DNA of 64,000 nucleotides. It comes from Candidatus Latescibacterota bacterium (GTDB lineage Bacteria; Latescibacterota; UBA2968; UBA8231). Under the pieces are notes generated by a model. It searched no databases. It was given only the letters and a program-made list of their open reading frames with translations, and was not told where the DNA came from. Of this stretch, positions 50,580 to 59,975 are shown one piece after another. The DNA is taken from NCBI GenBank assembly GCA_965248265.1, contig CBDFJF010000002.1:288001-352000 (forward strand), written 5' to 3'. The translations under genes and the position numbers were made by a program. Every line of letters begins with the position of its first letter. Positions within the stretch are counted from its first letter, which is position 1.

Positions 50580-51001
50580 GGATCCAACAATTTCAGTTTC
50601 TGGTAGTCGCGTCCGACGATCACGGAAACCTCCTCAATTCTGAATTCGTCCTCACTGATCTGCTGGATGTAATGTGGGATGCCCAGGATGTCAGCTACGC
50701 GACGTGCCTTGCCAAGGTCGCCAACACGGTCGATGGTCATCGAGTAGGGATACCCAAAGCTATCGGCATTGCCTTCGTGGATGACGTCGAGACCCAGTCC
50801 TCGAGCTTTCTTCGTCAGGCGAGCAGCCAGCTGCGAGGCGCCACAGCCATTGAAGATCGCTATGCGGATAGGTTGTTCCAACTCCGGAAGCGACGACCGT
50901 GCAGCGGCTTCCGGCTGCGACTCCAGATAGGGTCGCAATCCCGCCACCAACAGAACAGCTCCAGCCAAGCTGGCAAGGAGCCAAACCAGTCTTTCCTGCA
51001 C
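50576..51001 (-). CDS. LytR C-terminal domain membrane protein
   Basis: TM segment, then IFNGCG, GNA and VIVGRDY. Confidence 0.88.
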   Translation of the reverse strand: MQERLVWLLASLAGAVLLVAGLRPYLESQPEAAARSSLPELEQPIRIAIFNGCGASQLAARLTKKARGLGLDVIHEGNADSFGYPYSMTIDRVGDLGKARRVADILGIPHYIQQISEDEFRIEEVSVIVGRDYQKLKLLDP

Positions 51002-51171
51002 GCTTCTCCAGTACTCCTCAAGCAGGAAAGGGAGATGAGATCGTGTTCGGGGGGCGAACGTCTATAAAATGAAGGACAGTCAGGCCGTTAAGTCAATATT
51101 ATAAAACAGACTTACGACCCGTGGAGGTAACCCGCTAAAGCGGGTCGGGTGTTATCGTGCGGAGTTGAGGC

Positions 51172-51267
51172 TCAGGCCGAAAACAAGCCCATGCCGATTC
51201 GGATGCACAGGTACGCAGAGCCGAGAACGGTGGCGAGTCGAGCGAGCCTGTCAGCAAATTTGTCCAT
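51172..51267 (-). CDS. Candidate 31-aa hydrophobic peptide
   Basis: MDKFADRLARLATVLGSAYLCIRIGMGLFSA downstream of a near-consensus promoter; no clear RBS. Confidence 0.4.
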   Translation of the reverse strand: MDKFADRLARLATVLGSAYLCIRIGMGLFSA

Positions 51268-51296
51268 GATCACGCGGCCGGAATGGGGTTACAAAG

Positions 51297-51345
51297 TTGC
51301 ACTGCACATATGTAATAGTGCACATGTGTTGCAGTGCTCATATGT
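51297..51345. repeat. Three imperfect 16-bp tandem repeats that also form an inverted repeat
   Basis: Cores TGCACATATGT (51303), TGCACATGTGT (51319) and TGCTCATATGT (51335). Confidence 0.8.
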
Positions 51346-51347
51346 GT

Positions 51348-51376
51348 ATGGTAATAAACATCGATGCGGGTGTCAA
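51348..51376 (-). promoter_or_regulatory. Sigma70-type promoter
   Basis: TTGACA-N17-TACCAT on the minus strand. Confidence 0.7.
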
Positions 51377-51454
51377 GAAAAGGTTCGCCTATATGTTGGG
51401 GGTGCTGGCAGGAACTGTACTGCATGTAGACTGCGAGGGGGGAACTGCGGCGGG

Positions 51455-54190
51455 TCAGAACAGGGCGGAGTACTTGAAGGTCATGATATAGTCCTGGGTA
51501 CCCTTCTTCTTGGCGTTAGGTCGGGAATCATAGACGTCCCAACCAAAGCCGAAAAGGAAGCGGTCCTTGTAGAGCGACAGCGCCAGACCAACGGATATGG
51601 CGATCGAGTTTTCCGTTGACAGCGCCTCGAGGACATTGCCGATGGCGGTCAGGTGCACCCCCGAGACGGAGGGATTCTCGGAATTGTGATAACCTGCAAA
51701 GGCGATACCAGGCAGGCCGATGAGACGCTCCGTCTGACCTTCGACGCGATTTCCGTCGGCGTCGTTGTAGTCGCGTCCAGGCCTGATCGTCAGGAACGAT
51801 ACCAGCGGCTTGGCCTCGAATTCCCACTTCCAGCCGCCCGCCTCGAACACCTGGGATACCGATTGCGGCGATGCTCCCGGGTAGCTGCGGGTGGTGATCC
51901 TTACGCGAACTCTTTTGATGGAGGCTTCTTGCAGCCTCAGGTTGAGATTCTCGGCGTAGAGCGTGTCGCGTTCATCGTTGTAAATCTGCACGGTTGTCTG
52001 CTTGGCGCTGCCGATGGGATCGTACTTGTCATCCAACTGAACCCATTCGATGTCGAATTTTCGTCCGACCAGGGCGTTGGCAAGCGAATCCGAGACCTGG
52101 AAAGCGAGATCCAGCTTGGTGCCGTCATGGACAACGACCGGGGTACTGGTCCAGCGGACGGGAATCGCCGCGGATGTCTTTCGCGTCCCGATGACGGAGG
52201 TGATCGATGGCAGATCGATGCCTTCGAGAGCTCCCTTGCCCTGGATCTGAATCGGTTGGGCCTTGTCGCGCACGTCGTTGCTGACGAGCAGGATCCTGCC
52301 GAAACGGTCACCAAGCGCCTGTGGAGCGAAGGAGATATCGACCTTCATCGATTCTCCCGGTTGCAATGAAAATGAGGCGGGGTCTATACCGACCTCTTTG
52401 GTGTAGGGATTGCCCGTCACTTCCAGCGACGTATCACCCGTGTTGGTGGCGACGATGGTCCGTACCTGGCTTTCGCCGAGGACGACGTAGTCGAATTCGA
52501 TCGGACCGGAGGGGTGGAGTTCGATCTCCGCTGCCACGCCGGTGCCGCTGGCGAGCACATCCAGGCTCTCCAGTCCTTCATCCCAGTAGCCGTCGAGACG
52601 CAGAATGCCGGTGCTCAGTCCGCGAGCAGAAGGCGAGAAGGTGACCGATAAGGGCAATGCCCGCAGACTGTTGCCAGGCAAGAGGAACTCGTTCTGCGGT
52701 GTGACCGGACTGTAGACGGCGAAGTCCCGGTTGTTGGAAGTGACGTTGCTGACGGTGAAGTCGGCGTTGCCGATGTTGAACACCTCGAGGACAGTGCTGC
52801 GGGACTCGCCGACGGCCACGCGTTCGAAGTCCTTCGTCGACGGGCTCAGCTTCAGGTACTTTCCGCTGCCTACCAGCTGGTAGCTCTGGCGTCCCTTCTC
52901 GGTCTCCACCCACAGCTGCTCTTCGCGCAAGCCGATCTCTTTGGGAGAAAAGGTGAGGCCCACCTTGCCGCTGTCACCCGGCTGCAGCAGATACTGCGTC
53001 GTTTCCAGGTTGTACTCCGCGCCGCCGCCTTCGGCCCCCAGCGTCAACTGTACCGTGATCGGAGAACCTCCTCCATTCCACAAGAGGAGGTACTCTGTGA
53101 CCGTTTTGCCGATCGGCACATCGCCGAAGGGGATGGTGGAGTTGTTGAGAATCTGCACTCTGGGAGGGGAGACCCGGCCCTCTCCATGCAACGGAACCTC
53201 TACACGGGGACGATCGGGATCATTCGAATCGATGGTGAGAGAACCCGGTGCCGGGCCCTCGTAGGTCGGAGCGAAGTCCACGACGATGACGTGGCGATCG
53301 CCGGGCAGGATGACACGGGGAGTCTCCAGCGTCATCGTACTGAAGCCGCGGCCGCCTGCGGTGATGGCGGTAATCTGCAGGTCGGCGCGTCCCTGATTCA
53401 GGATGGTAACTTCGCGCGCCGATTGCAGTCCGATCTCGTGCAGGCCGAAGTTCAAACCGACTTCTGGTAACGGTGACACGCGGGCAAGTGGCGCCAAGCC
53501 GTCTCCGATCAAGACCAGCTGAGCCTGATCCGCAAGAACATCGCTCGAGACCACGATGAAGCGTCCATCGAAGCGTCCGCTCTTCGCGGGACGGAAGGAG
53601 ACGTCGAACGAGGCTTGCTCGGCGGGGGCGAGTTCCAGGGCGAGTGCGGTCGGCAGCATGAAGCCATTGCCGCGCACATAGACGCTGTCGATGTTGATGG
53701 GAACGTCGCCGCGATTTTTCAGTACGACGGTGCGAAGGACTTCACCGCCGGCGACGACTTCACCGAAGCGCAGTGATTCCGCCGGTCCAGGATCGATCTG
53801 AAGAGTTGGTAGTGACACGACCGCTGAGAGTTCAAGGGGCGCGAGTCGTTCACTGCCGAACAACCGGGATTCCTCGAACAGTATTTGCCCGTGGTGTGGA
53901 CCCGTTGTCGACGAGGTGAAGCTGATTCCAAAGGTTGCGCTTGATCCAGGCGCGACGCGCAGGGTATCCGGGTCGATGGCAAAGCCCTTGCCAGCCGCCA
54001 CGAGGCGGACGACGACCTCATCATCCTTGCCGTTGAGCAGCTGCGCTTTACCACGGATGAGTGCGCCCGGCTTTACGGGTCCGAAGGCGAGTGTGTCCGG
54101 CTGCACGGTGACGTCTTGTGCCGCTGCATCAGAGGGCGGGCCGAAACACAGTAGGAGGACGCAGATAGAGGCTGTGGCCGCAATTCGCAT
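51455..54190 (-). CDS. Secreted or surface protein with about six ASH (choice-of-anchor D) Ig-like domains
   Basis: Signal peptide; repeated FGxV...NxG...VxFxP...G; C-terminal amphipathic strands ending in Phe. Confidence 0.85.
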   Translation of the reverse strand: MRIAATASICVLLLCFGPPSDAAAQDVTVQPDTLAFGPVKPGALIRGKAQLLNGKDDEVVVRLVAAGKGFAIDPDTLRVAPGSSATFGISFTSSTTGPHHGQILFEESRLFGSERLAPLELSAVVSLPTLQIDPGPAESLRFGEVVAGGEVLRTVVLKNRGDVPINIDSVYVRGNGFMLPTALALELAPAEQASFDVSFRPAKSGRFDGRFIVVSSDVLADQAQLVLIGDGLAPLARVSPLPEVGLNFGLHEIGLQSAREVTILNQGRADLQITAITAGGRGFSTMTLETPRVILPGDRHVIVVDFAPTYEGPAPGSLTIDSNDPDRPRVEVPLHGEGRVSPPRVQILNNSTIPFGDVPIGKTVTEYLLLWNGGGSPITVQLTLGAEGGGAEYNLETTQYLLQPGDSGKVGLTFSPKEIGLREEQLWVETEKGRQSYQLVGSGKYLKLSPSTKDFERVAVGESRSTVLEVFNIGNADFTVSNVTSNNRDFAVYSPVTPQNEFLLPGNSLRALPLSVTFSPSARGLSTGILRLDGYWDEGLESLDVLASGTGVAAEIELHPSGPIEFDYVVLGESQVRTIVATNTGDTSLEVTGNPYTKEVGIDPASFSLQPGESMKVDISFAPQALGDRFGRILLVSNDVRDKAQPIQIQGKGALEGIDLPSITSVIGTRKTSAAIPVRWTSTPVVVHDGTKLDLAFQVSDSLANALVGRKFDIEWVQLDDKYDPIGSAKQTTVQIYNDERDTLYAENLNLRLQEASIKRVRVRITTRSYPGASPQSVSQVFEAGGWKWEFEAKPLVSFLTIRPGRDYNDADGNRVEGQTERLIGLPGIAFAGYHNSENPSVSGVHLTAIGNVLEALSTENSIAISVGLALSLYKDRFLFGFGWDVYDSRPNAKKKGTQDYIMTFKYSALF

Positions 54191-54383
54191 GACGTACCAC
54201 GTGGGGTTTTGGTATACAAAAAGAAGAGCGACCAATCCACCAGAATGCCGTCAAGACTTTGTCGAAGTTCCACGTTCCTAAAGGAAGTGGAAAACTTCCT
54301 GAGAGGCAGTCCTCTGTGAATTCAGGTCACTCTTTGTCGTGCAACATAGAAGAATCGCACTGTGGTGTCAAGGTGACTAACTG

Positions 54384-55550
54384 TCACTGAATAATGGATT
54401 TGAGTCCTTTGACGAGTCGATCGGCACCCTTTGCAACCGTGTGGGGTTCAAGGGCTCCGTAAGCGATTCTGATACGGCAATCCTCTTCCAACCCGAAGCC
54501 GGTTCCAGGCAGTACGGCAACCCCGAACTCTGTGATCAGACGCTCGACCACTCGCATCGATCCCAGGTCGCAATCCAAACGCGCCAGCAGGTAGAACGCG
54601 CCATTGGCTTCCGGTACGAAACAGCTGGATCCAAGTTCCTCCAGTCGTTCCAGACACATGCGTCGCACTTGGCTCAGAGTTTCGATTCGATCCTCGAGAT
54701 ACGCTGAGCCTGCCCTGAGCGCTCCAATGGCAGCGTACTGCGAGATCAGCGGTGGGCAGATCAGGATGGTGTCCTGACTCTTCTCGAAGGCGCGCAACAG
54801 GTGTCGTGGCCAGACCATGTAGCCGACGCGCCAGCTGGCCAGGGCAAAACTCTTCGAGAACGAAAACATCGACACCGTGTGCTGGCGGCTGTCGGTTGCG
54901 GAACCAGCGGAATAGTGACGCGCCCCCTCGTAGGTGAAGTATTCGTAGGCCTCGTCGCAGAAGTGGTACAGGCCGCGCTCGACACATAGTTGATTGACTG
55001 CTGCGATCGCTTCCGGTGCATAGACGACGCCGGCCGGGTTGTTGGGAGATACGGTCACGATGGCTCGGGTGCGCTCGCTGAGGCGATCCCGAATGGCGTC
55101 GAGCCGTAACTGGTAGTTGGAGTCTGTGGGTACGAGCACCGGCCGGCAGTTGGCCATGCACACGGCCATCTCGTGGTTGAAGAAATACGGCGACATCAAG
55201 ATGACCTCGTCACCCGGGTCGCAGACCGACATAATGGCATGGTAAAAGCCCAGGTTGCTGCCGGCGGTGACGACGAGCTCCTGGTCATCGTGCAGGACGA
55301 TGCTGTTCTCGCGCGCCAGCTTGTCCTTGAGCATGTCGCGCAACGCAGGCAGTCCCGTGGCCGATTGGTAGTGGTGTTGGCTGACTTCACTGCCAAACCG
55401 GGAGACTTCGTCGAAGACTTCCTGCGGCGGTTTGTAATGAACCACTCCCTGGCCGAGGGAGATGGTTCCGGGGTTGTCACGAATCAGAGCGGCAACGTCC
55501 GGGATGACGGGATTGCTCACCGCCAGCATGCGCTGGGATTGGTGGTTCAC
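54384..55550 (-). CDS. PLP-dependent aminotransferase class I/II
   Basis: ISLGQG, SPNNPAG, DEAY, SFSKSF..WRVG and RIAYG. Confidence 0.93.
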   Translation of the reverse strand: MNHQSQRMLAVSNPVIPDVAALIRDNPGTISLGQGVVHYKPPQEVFDEVSRFGSEVSQHHYQSATGLPALRDMLKDKLARENSIVLHDDQELVVTAGSNLGFYHAIMSVCDPGDEVILMSPYFFNHEMAVCMANCRPVLVPTDSNYQLRLDAIRDRLSERTRAIVTVSPNNPAGVVYAPEAIAAVNQLCVERGLYHFCDEAYEYFTYEGARHYSAGSATDSRQHTVSMFSFSKSFALASWRVGYMVWPRHLLRAFEKSQDTILICPPLISQYAAIGALRAGSAYLEDRIETLSQVRRMCLERLEELGSSCFVPEANGAFYLLARLDCDLGSMRVVERLITEFGVAVLPGTGFGLEEDCRIRIAYGALEPHTVAKGADRLVKGLKSIIQ

Positions 55551-55731
55551 GACAAGTGTCCCGTCTCAAAGATATGTCGACATTCTTCCGCCGATCCATT
55601 CCTGCTCACGGCGTGGGACCGAACTCTTAGAGTTCGGCCTCGTCCCTGAGCGCCTTCGCTCGCCGTATCCCACTGATACGACTCGCTCAGGCGCCTTGTG
55701 AGCAGGGCGCCTCGGCGGCCGAAACGGGACA

Positions 55732-56655
55732 CTAGGCCTCCAGGGCGCGCTGCAGGCGCTCGACCAAGCGGTCGATCTGTTGCCGCGTGATCTCGTCGAG
55801 ATCGAAGCCGAGGGGGCCGCGATGGATCAGACGCGGGAACAGACCCTGTCTGTGCAGGAGGTACCGCTCAACCGTGATGAAGGCGTCGATGCCTCCCTGG
55901 AGCTGGAGATTGCCGAGGGCGCATATCGGTAGGTAGAGCGAGTAAGCTCGCTCTTCATCGCCTGCTTCAAGGGCAATCCACACGGCGATGATTCCCGGCA
56001 ACACCTCGACCCCGGGGATCGTGCCGTCAACCCCGCGCCGGTGCGAGTCGATGAGGAGAATGCCTCCGCTACCTTCGAATATCAGAGCCTTCTCGTCAGT
56101 CTGCGCCCGCAACGCCGATATGGTTGGACCCAGCGGCGTCGACTCGGGTTTGAACAGGATGCGCTCGCCGTAGCGGCGGAAGAGATCGACCTGAAAACCC
56201 ACCCCCATGGCCTTGCCCACGTAGGCGCTGGCATCCTGCACCATCAGTGGAAGGTCGACAGCCCGGAGCAGGGCTTCGAAGTAGCCGTGAAGCTCACCTT
56301 CGACGAGCGATCGGGTCAGAGGCGGGGTGGCCATGATCGCTGACGCACCAGCCTCAGCCGCCGCCACGGCATATTCGACGGCCTGCTGGGTGCTTTCAGC
56401 TCCCACACTGATCAGCACCGGTCCGCGGGCGGCAGCCATGCGCACGAGCTCGGCTGGCAGTGCCAGACGCTCTGCGGTGGTGAGTCGCAGCAGGTCGGAG
56501 GCGAGGGCCAGACAGATGCCGTCTGCCCCGGTGTCAAAGACGTAGTCGACCTCGCGTTCGAGGGTGTCGTAGTCAATGTCGAGTTGGGAAAGATGATAAG
56601 GCATGTGCACGACGGGCAGCACACCGGTGATGCCGTGGGGGAGGGCAGGACTCAC
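55732..56655 (-). CDS. Dihydrodipicolinate synthase family aldolase/lyase
   Basis: GVLPV.HMP, LTTAER, MVQD and FKPES (Schiff-base Lys). Confidence 0.88.
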   Translation of the reverse strand: MSPALPHGITGVLPVVHMPYHLSQLDIDYDTLEREVDYVFDTGADGICLALASDLLRLTTAERLALPAELVRMAAARGPVLISVGAESTQQAVEYAVAAAEAGASAIMATPPLTRSLVEGELHGYFEALLRAVDLPLMVQDASAYVGKAMGVGFQVDLFRRYGERILFKPESTPLGPTISALRAQTDEKALIFEGSGGILLIDSHRRGVDGTIPGVEVLPGIIAVWIALEAGDEERAYSLYLPICALGNLQLQGGIDAFITVERYLLHRQGLFPRLIHRGPLGFDLDEITRQQIDRLVERLQRALEA

Positions 56656-57509
56656 GTGGACCGTCGCATCCCGCGGCGAACGATATCGAGCAATACGACC
56701 TCCAGTTCGGGCGTCGCCGCACTCATGAAATGTCCGAACTTGCGTTGCCTGTCATAGGTCGGGGTGCGCCCTCCGTGGAGGAAACAACGGGCACCGGCTT
56801 CCTCGGCGATCAGGGCGGGCGGTCCGGCGTCGTAGACTTGGACCTGGCGCGTCAGGTAGGCGCACAACTCGCCCTCTGCTATCTGTGTCAACACCAACGC
56901 GGCGCCGATCGGGTACTCTCGAGGCTCGAGTTCGGGCGCGGCAAAGGGACGATAGGAACGAGCCTTGGTGGAGAAGTAGGCGCTCTTCGTGGTCGGCCGT
57001 GCCTTCAGCCGCAACCGTCGGCGTCGCTGGCGCCCGATCTGCAGGTAGGTTCCCTGTCCGAGCACGGCCGTGAAAACCTTGTCTTCACTAGGGCGGGCGA
57101 CGACGGCCGCCTCCATGAAGCCGTTGCGGGCAAGGCCGACGCTGACACAGTAAGGGGCATCGCCGCGCTGGAAGTGGTAGGTGCCGTCGATCGGATCGAG
57201 AATCAGCGCATATTCGGAGTCGTTGCCCGAAAACCTGCGGCGCAACGGGGTATCTTCCTCGGCAATGCAACGCACGAAGGGAAAGTGCTGCAGTACGGTG
57301 GAGAGGATGATGTCCTGCAGCGCGGTATCGAGAACGGTCAGTGCGCTGGATGCCTGTCGCGCTTCCTCGCTATGCAGGGTCGCATCGGTGGATTTGCCGA
57401 TGTTGGATACCTTGCCGAAAAAGATCAGCGAGGTCTCAGCACACTGGCGCACGACGGGAAGCAACACGTCGACGAATTCATGCGGATCGATGCTCTTCAG
57501 CGTGCTCAG
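56652..57509 (-). CDS. Inositol monophosphatase family protein
   Basis: AEE, LDPIDGT, YDAG and IAEEAGA; start is CTG 57509 or GTG 57467. Confidence 0.85.
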   Translation of the reverse strand: MSTLKSIDPHEFVDVLLPVVRQCAETSLIFFGKVSNIGKSTDATLHSEEARQASSALTVLDTALQDIILSTVLQHFPFVRCIAEEDTPLRRRFSGNDSEYALILDPIDGTYHFQRGDAPYCVSVGLARNGFMEAAVVARPSEDKVFTAVLGQGTYLQIGRQRRRRLRLKARPTTKSAYFSTKARSYRPFAAPELEPREYPIGAALVLTQIAEGELCAYLTRQVQVYDAGPPALIAEEAGARCFLHGGRTPTYDRQRKFGHFMSAATPELEVVLLDIVRRGMRRST

Positions 57510-59818
57510 CCTGCAGCGTCCTGGTAACCGGTTTGAGCTTTCTGCAGCCCCGCGACGATGAGATCCGGCGTGATCGGCGTCTCCGTGAAGCGCACGCCAA
57601 TGGCGTCATATAGCGCATTCGAGATGGCGGCCAGCGGCGGCACGATGGGCACCTCACCGACTCCGCGGATGCCGTGCGGGCTTCCCGGGTTAGCGACTTC
57701 TACCAGCACCACGTCGATCATGGGAAGATCCAAACTCGTCGGCATGCGGTAGTCGAGAAAGGTCGGGTTGGCCATGGAGCCGTCGTCCTTGTAGAAGTAG
57801 CCCTCCGTCAATGCCCAACCGATGCCTTGAACGACGCCGCCCTGGATCTGCCCTTCTACGTAGCTGGGGTGGATGGCCTTGCCGCAATCCTGCACCGCCG
57901 TGTAGCGGAGGATTTGCACCTTACCGGTCTCGGGATCGACTTCGAGGTCGACGATATGGGCGGCGAAGGTGTTGCCGGCGCCTGATGAGTTTACCGTGCC
58001 GCAGCCCTCGATCGGTCCGCCCGTGCTACCCTGTTCGGCGGCGACCTGCTTGAATGTCAGCGATTTGTCCGGAGCAGACGAGCAGGCGAAATGGCCATCG
58101 CGCCAGGTCACGTCGGCCTCTTCGACCTCGAGCTGTTTAGCGGCACGAAGCCGCATCCTTTCCAGGACGTCCACGGCTGCCTGGTAGCAGGCCTCACCGG
58201 TGGCGTAGGTAACCCGACTGCCTCCCGTGCCGTCGGTAAAGCCAATGGAATCCGTGTCGACGACCATCGGTGTTACGTCCTCGGCTGACAGGCCCAGGGT
58301 TTCGGCGACGATCATGGCCATGGAGGCGCGGGAGCCGCCGATATCGGCAGATCCTTCCATCAAGCTGACCGTGCCGTCTGCCCTGACTGTGAGTGTGGCA
58401 GCCGACTGCCCTCCACCGTTCATCCAGAATCCGGCGGCGACACCGCGACCCTGTAATGGGACGCTGGCGTCACTGCTGCGGTAGTGATCGGAAGAAGAAG
58501 CCGCATCCAAGGTTTCCTCGAAGCCGATTTTCTTGAACACCTGGCCGTCCGCCCGCCGGGTGCCCTCACGGCCGGCGTTCTGCCGACGCAGCGCCAGGGG
58601 GTCCATGCCGAGTTCGCGCGCGAGTTCGTCTATGGCGCACTCAGAAGCGAAAGCCGCATTCGGGGCCCCTGGTGCCCTGTAGGCGGTGGATTTCGGTTTG
58701 TTTACCACCACATCATAGGCGTCGATGGTCACGTTCGGGATGTCGTAGGGAGCGAGCATGCACATGGCACCGGCGCCGACCGCGGACCCGGGGAAAGCAC
58801 CGGCTTCGTAGGCCAGCATGGCGTGGGCGGCGACGATGGTGCCGTCGCGCTTGGCTCCCATCTTGACGGTCATGTAGGAGCCGGGGCCAGGGCCCGATCC
58901 CTCGAACACTTCAGTGCGGCTCATCACCATCTTCACGGGATGTCCGGTTTTGTGCGACAATACAGCCGCCGCGGGTTCGAGGTAAATGGCAAACTTGCCG
59001 CCGAACCCACCGCCAATCTCGCAAGGGATGACCTTGATCTTGCTAACCGGTACGCGCAACACTTCGCTGAGTTGATCGCGAATCTGAAACGGTCCCTGAG
59101 TGCTCACCCAGACAATGACACTGCCGTCCGCCCGCCAGTGCACGGTCGTGTTGTGTGGTTCGATGTAGCCCTGGTGCACGGTCGCGGTGTGGAATTCGCG
59201 CTCGACGATGATGTCTGCCTCGGCGAAACCCTTCTCCGAATCACCGAGCTCGTTGCGATTGTGGCTGGCGATATTGCTGTGTTTGCCGGTGTCTTCACCG
59301 AGTGCCTTGGTCGTCCGTGTTTCACTGAGTAGCGGCGCTGTGTCCTTCATGGCTTCGCGCACATCGGTGACCGAGGGTAGTGGCTCATACTTTACTTCGA
59401 TCAGGCTCAGGGCTTCCTCAGCGATGTGCGGATTGATCGCCGCGACCGCCGCGACCGCATGGCCCCTGTAGAGGACCTTTTCGGAAGCCAGTGAGTTCTG
59501 GGCCACCTCCCGCAGGTTGACGATGGTCTCGCCGAGACCGGCCATTTTGTCGACGGCCTCCACCAGGTCGTCGGCGGTGGCGACCGCGCGAACACCTTTC
59601 AGCTTCAGGGCGCCGCTGGCATCTATGGAAATGATGCGGGCATGCGCATGGGGGCTGCGCAGCACCTTACCATGCAGCAGGTCCGGCAGGCGAACATCGC
59701 CGCCGTAGATGGCACGGCCGGTCACTTTGTCCAGACCGTCATGGCGTACTGGCCTTGTTCCGATGACGTTGTATTTACCGTTGCTCGTGTAGTCGGGGTA
59801 CTCGAATTTCGGTGACAT
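57506..59818 (-). CDS. Xanthine dehydrogenase family molybdopterin-binding subunit
   Basis: KVTGRA.Y, RSPHAHA, GGGFGGK, AYRAPG, GQIQGG and RGVGE. Confidence 0.94.
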   Translation of the reverse strand: MSPKFEYPDYTSNGKYNVIGTRPVRHDGLDKVTGRAIYGGDVRLPDLLHGKVLRSPHAHARIISIDASGALKLKGVRAVATADDLVEAVDKMAGLGETIVNLREVAQNSLASEKVLYRGHAVAAVAAINPHIAEEALSLIEVKYEPLPSVTDVREAMKDTAPLLSETRTTKALGEDTGKHSNIASHNRNELGDSEKGFAEADIIVEREFHTATVHQGYIEPHNTTVHWRADGSVIVWVSTQGPFQIRDQLSEVLRVPVSKIKVIPCEIGGGFGGKFAIYLEPAAAVLSHKTGHPVKMVMSRTEVFEGSGPGPGSYMTVKMGAKRDGTIVAAHAMLAYEAGAFPGSAVGAGAMCMLAPYDIPNVTIDAYDVVVNKPKSTAYRAPGAPNAAFASECAIDELARELGMDPLALRRQNAGREGTRRADGQVFKKIGFEETLDAASSSDHYRSSDASVPLQGRGVAAGFWMNGGGQSAATLTVRADGTVSLMEGSADIGGSRASMAMIVAETLGLSAEDVTPMVVDTDSIGFTDGTGGSRVTYATGEACYQAAVDVLERMRLRAAKQLEVEEADVTWRDGHFACSSAPDKSLTFKQVAAEQGSTGGPIEGCGTVNSSGAGNTFAAHIVDLEVDPETGKVQILRYTAVQDCGKAIHPSYVEGQIQGGVVQGIGWALTEGYFYKDDGSMANPTFLDYRMPTSLDLPMIDVVLVEVANPGSPHGIRGVGEVPIVPPLAAISNALYDAIGVRFTETPITPDLIVAGLQKAQTGYQDAAG

Positions 59819-59975
59819 TTCACATTCCTGTGGAAGGTTTTGACAATCAGATCATCCAGATATACATCACTCTGCCATACCGAGACGCAGTCAATCAAGT
59901 TACGGAGAAGATGAAGGTATCCGGCGCACGGTCAAGGGACGCGCCCAAGGGCGCGTCAGTGATGGACAACCGGCC

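Noticed and set aside
51297-51345. CRISPR array or iterons
   Set aside because: Units are contiguous 16-mers with no spacers, and no cas or rep gene is present
55547-55732. 61-aa ORF bridging the DapA-like and aminotransferase genes
   Set aside because: Overlaps fit, but the composition is not protein-like and no motif is visible
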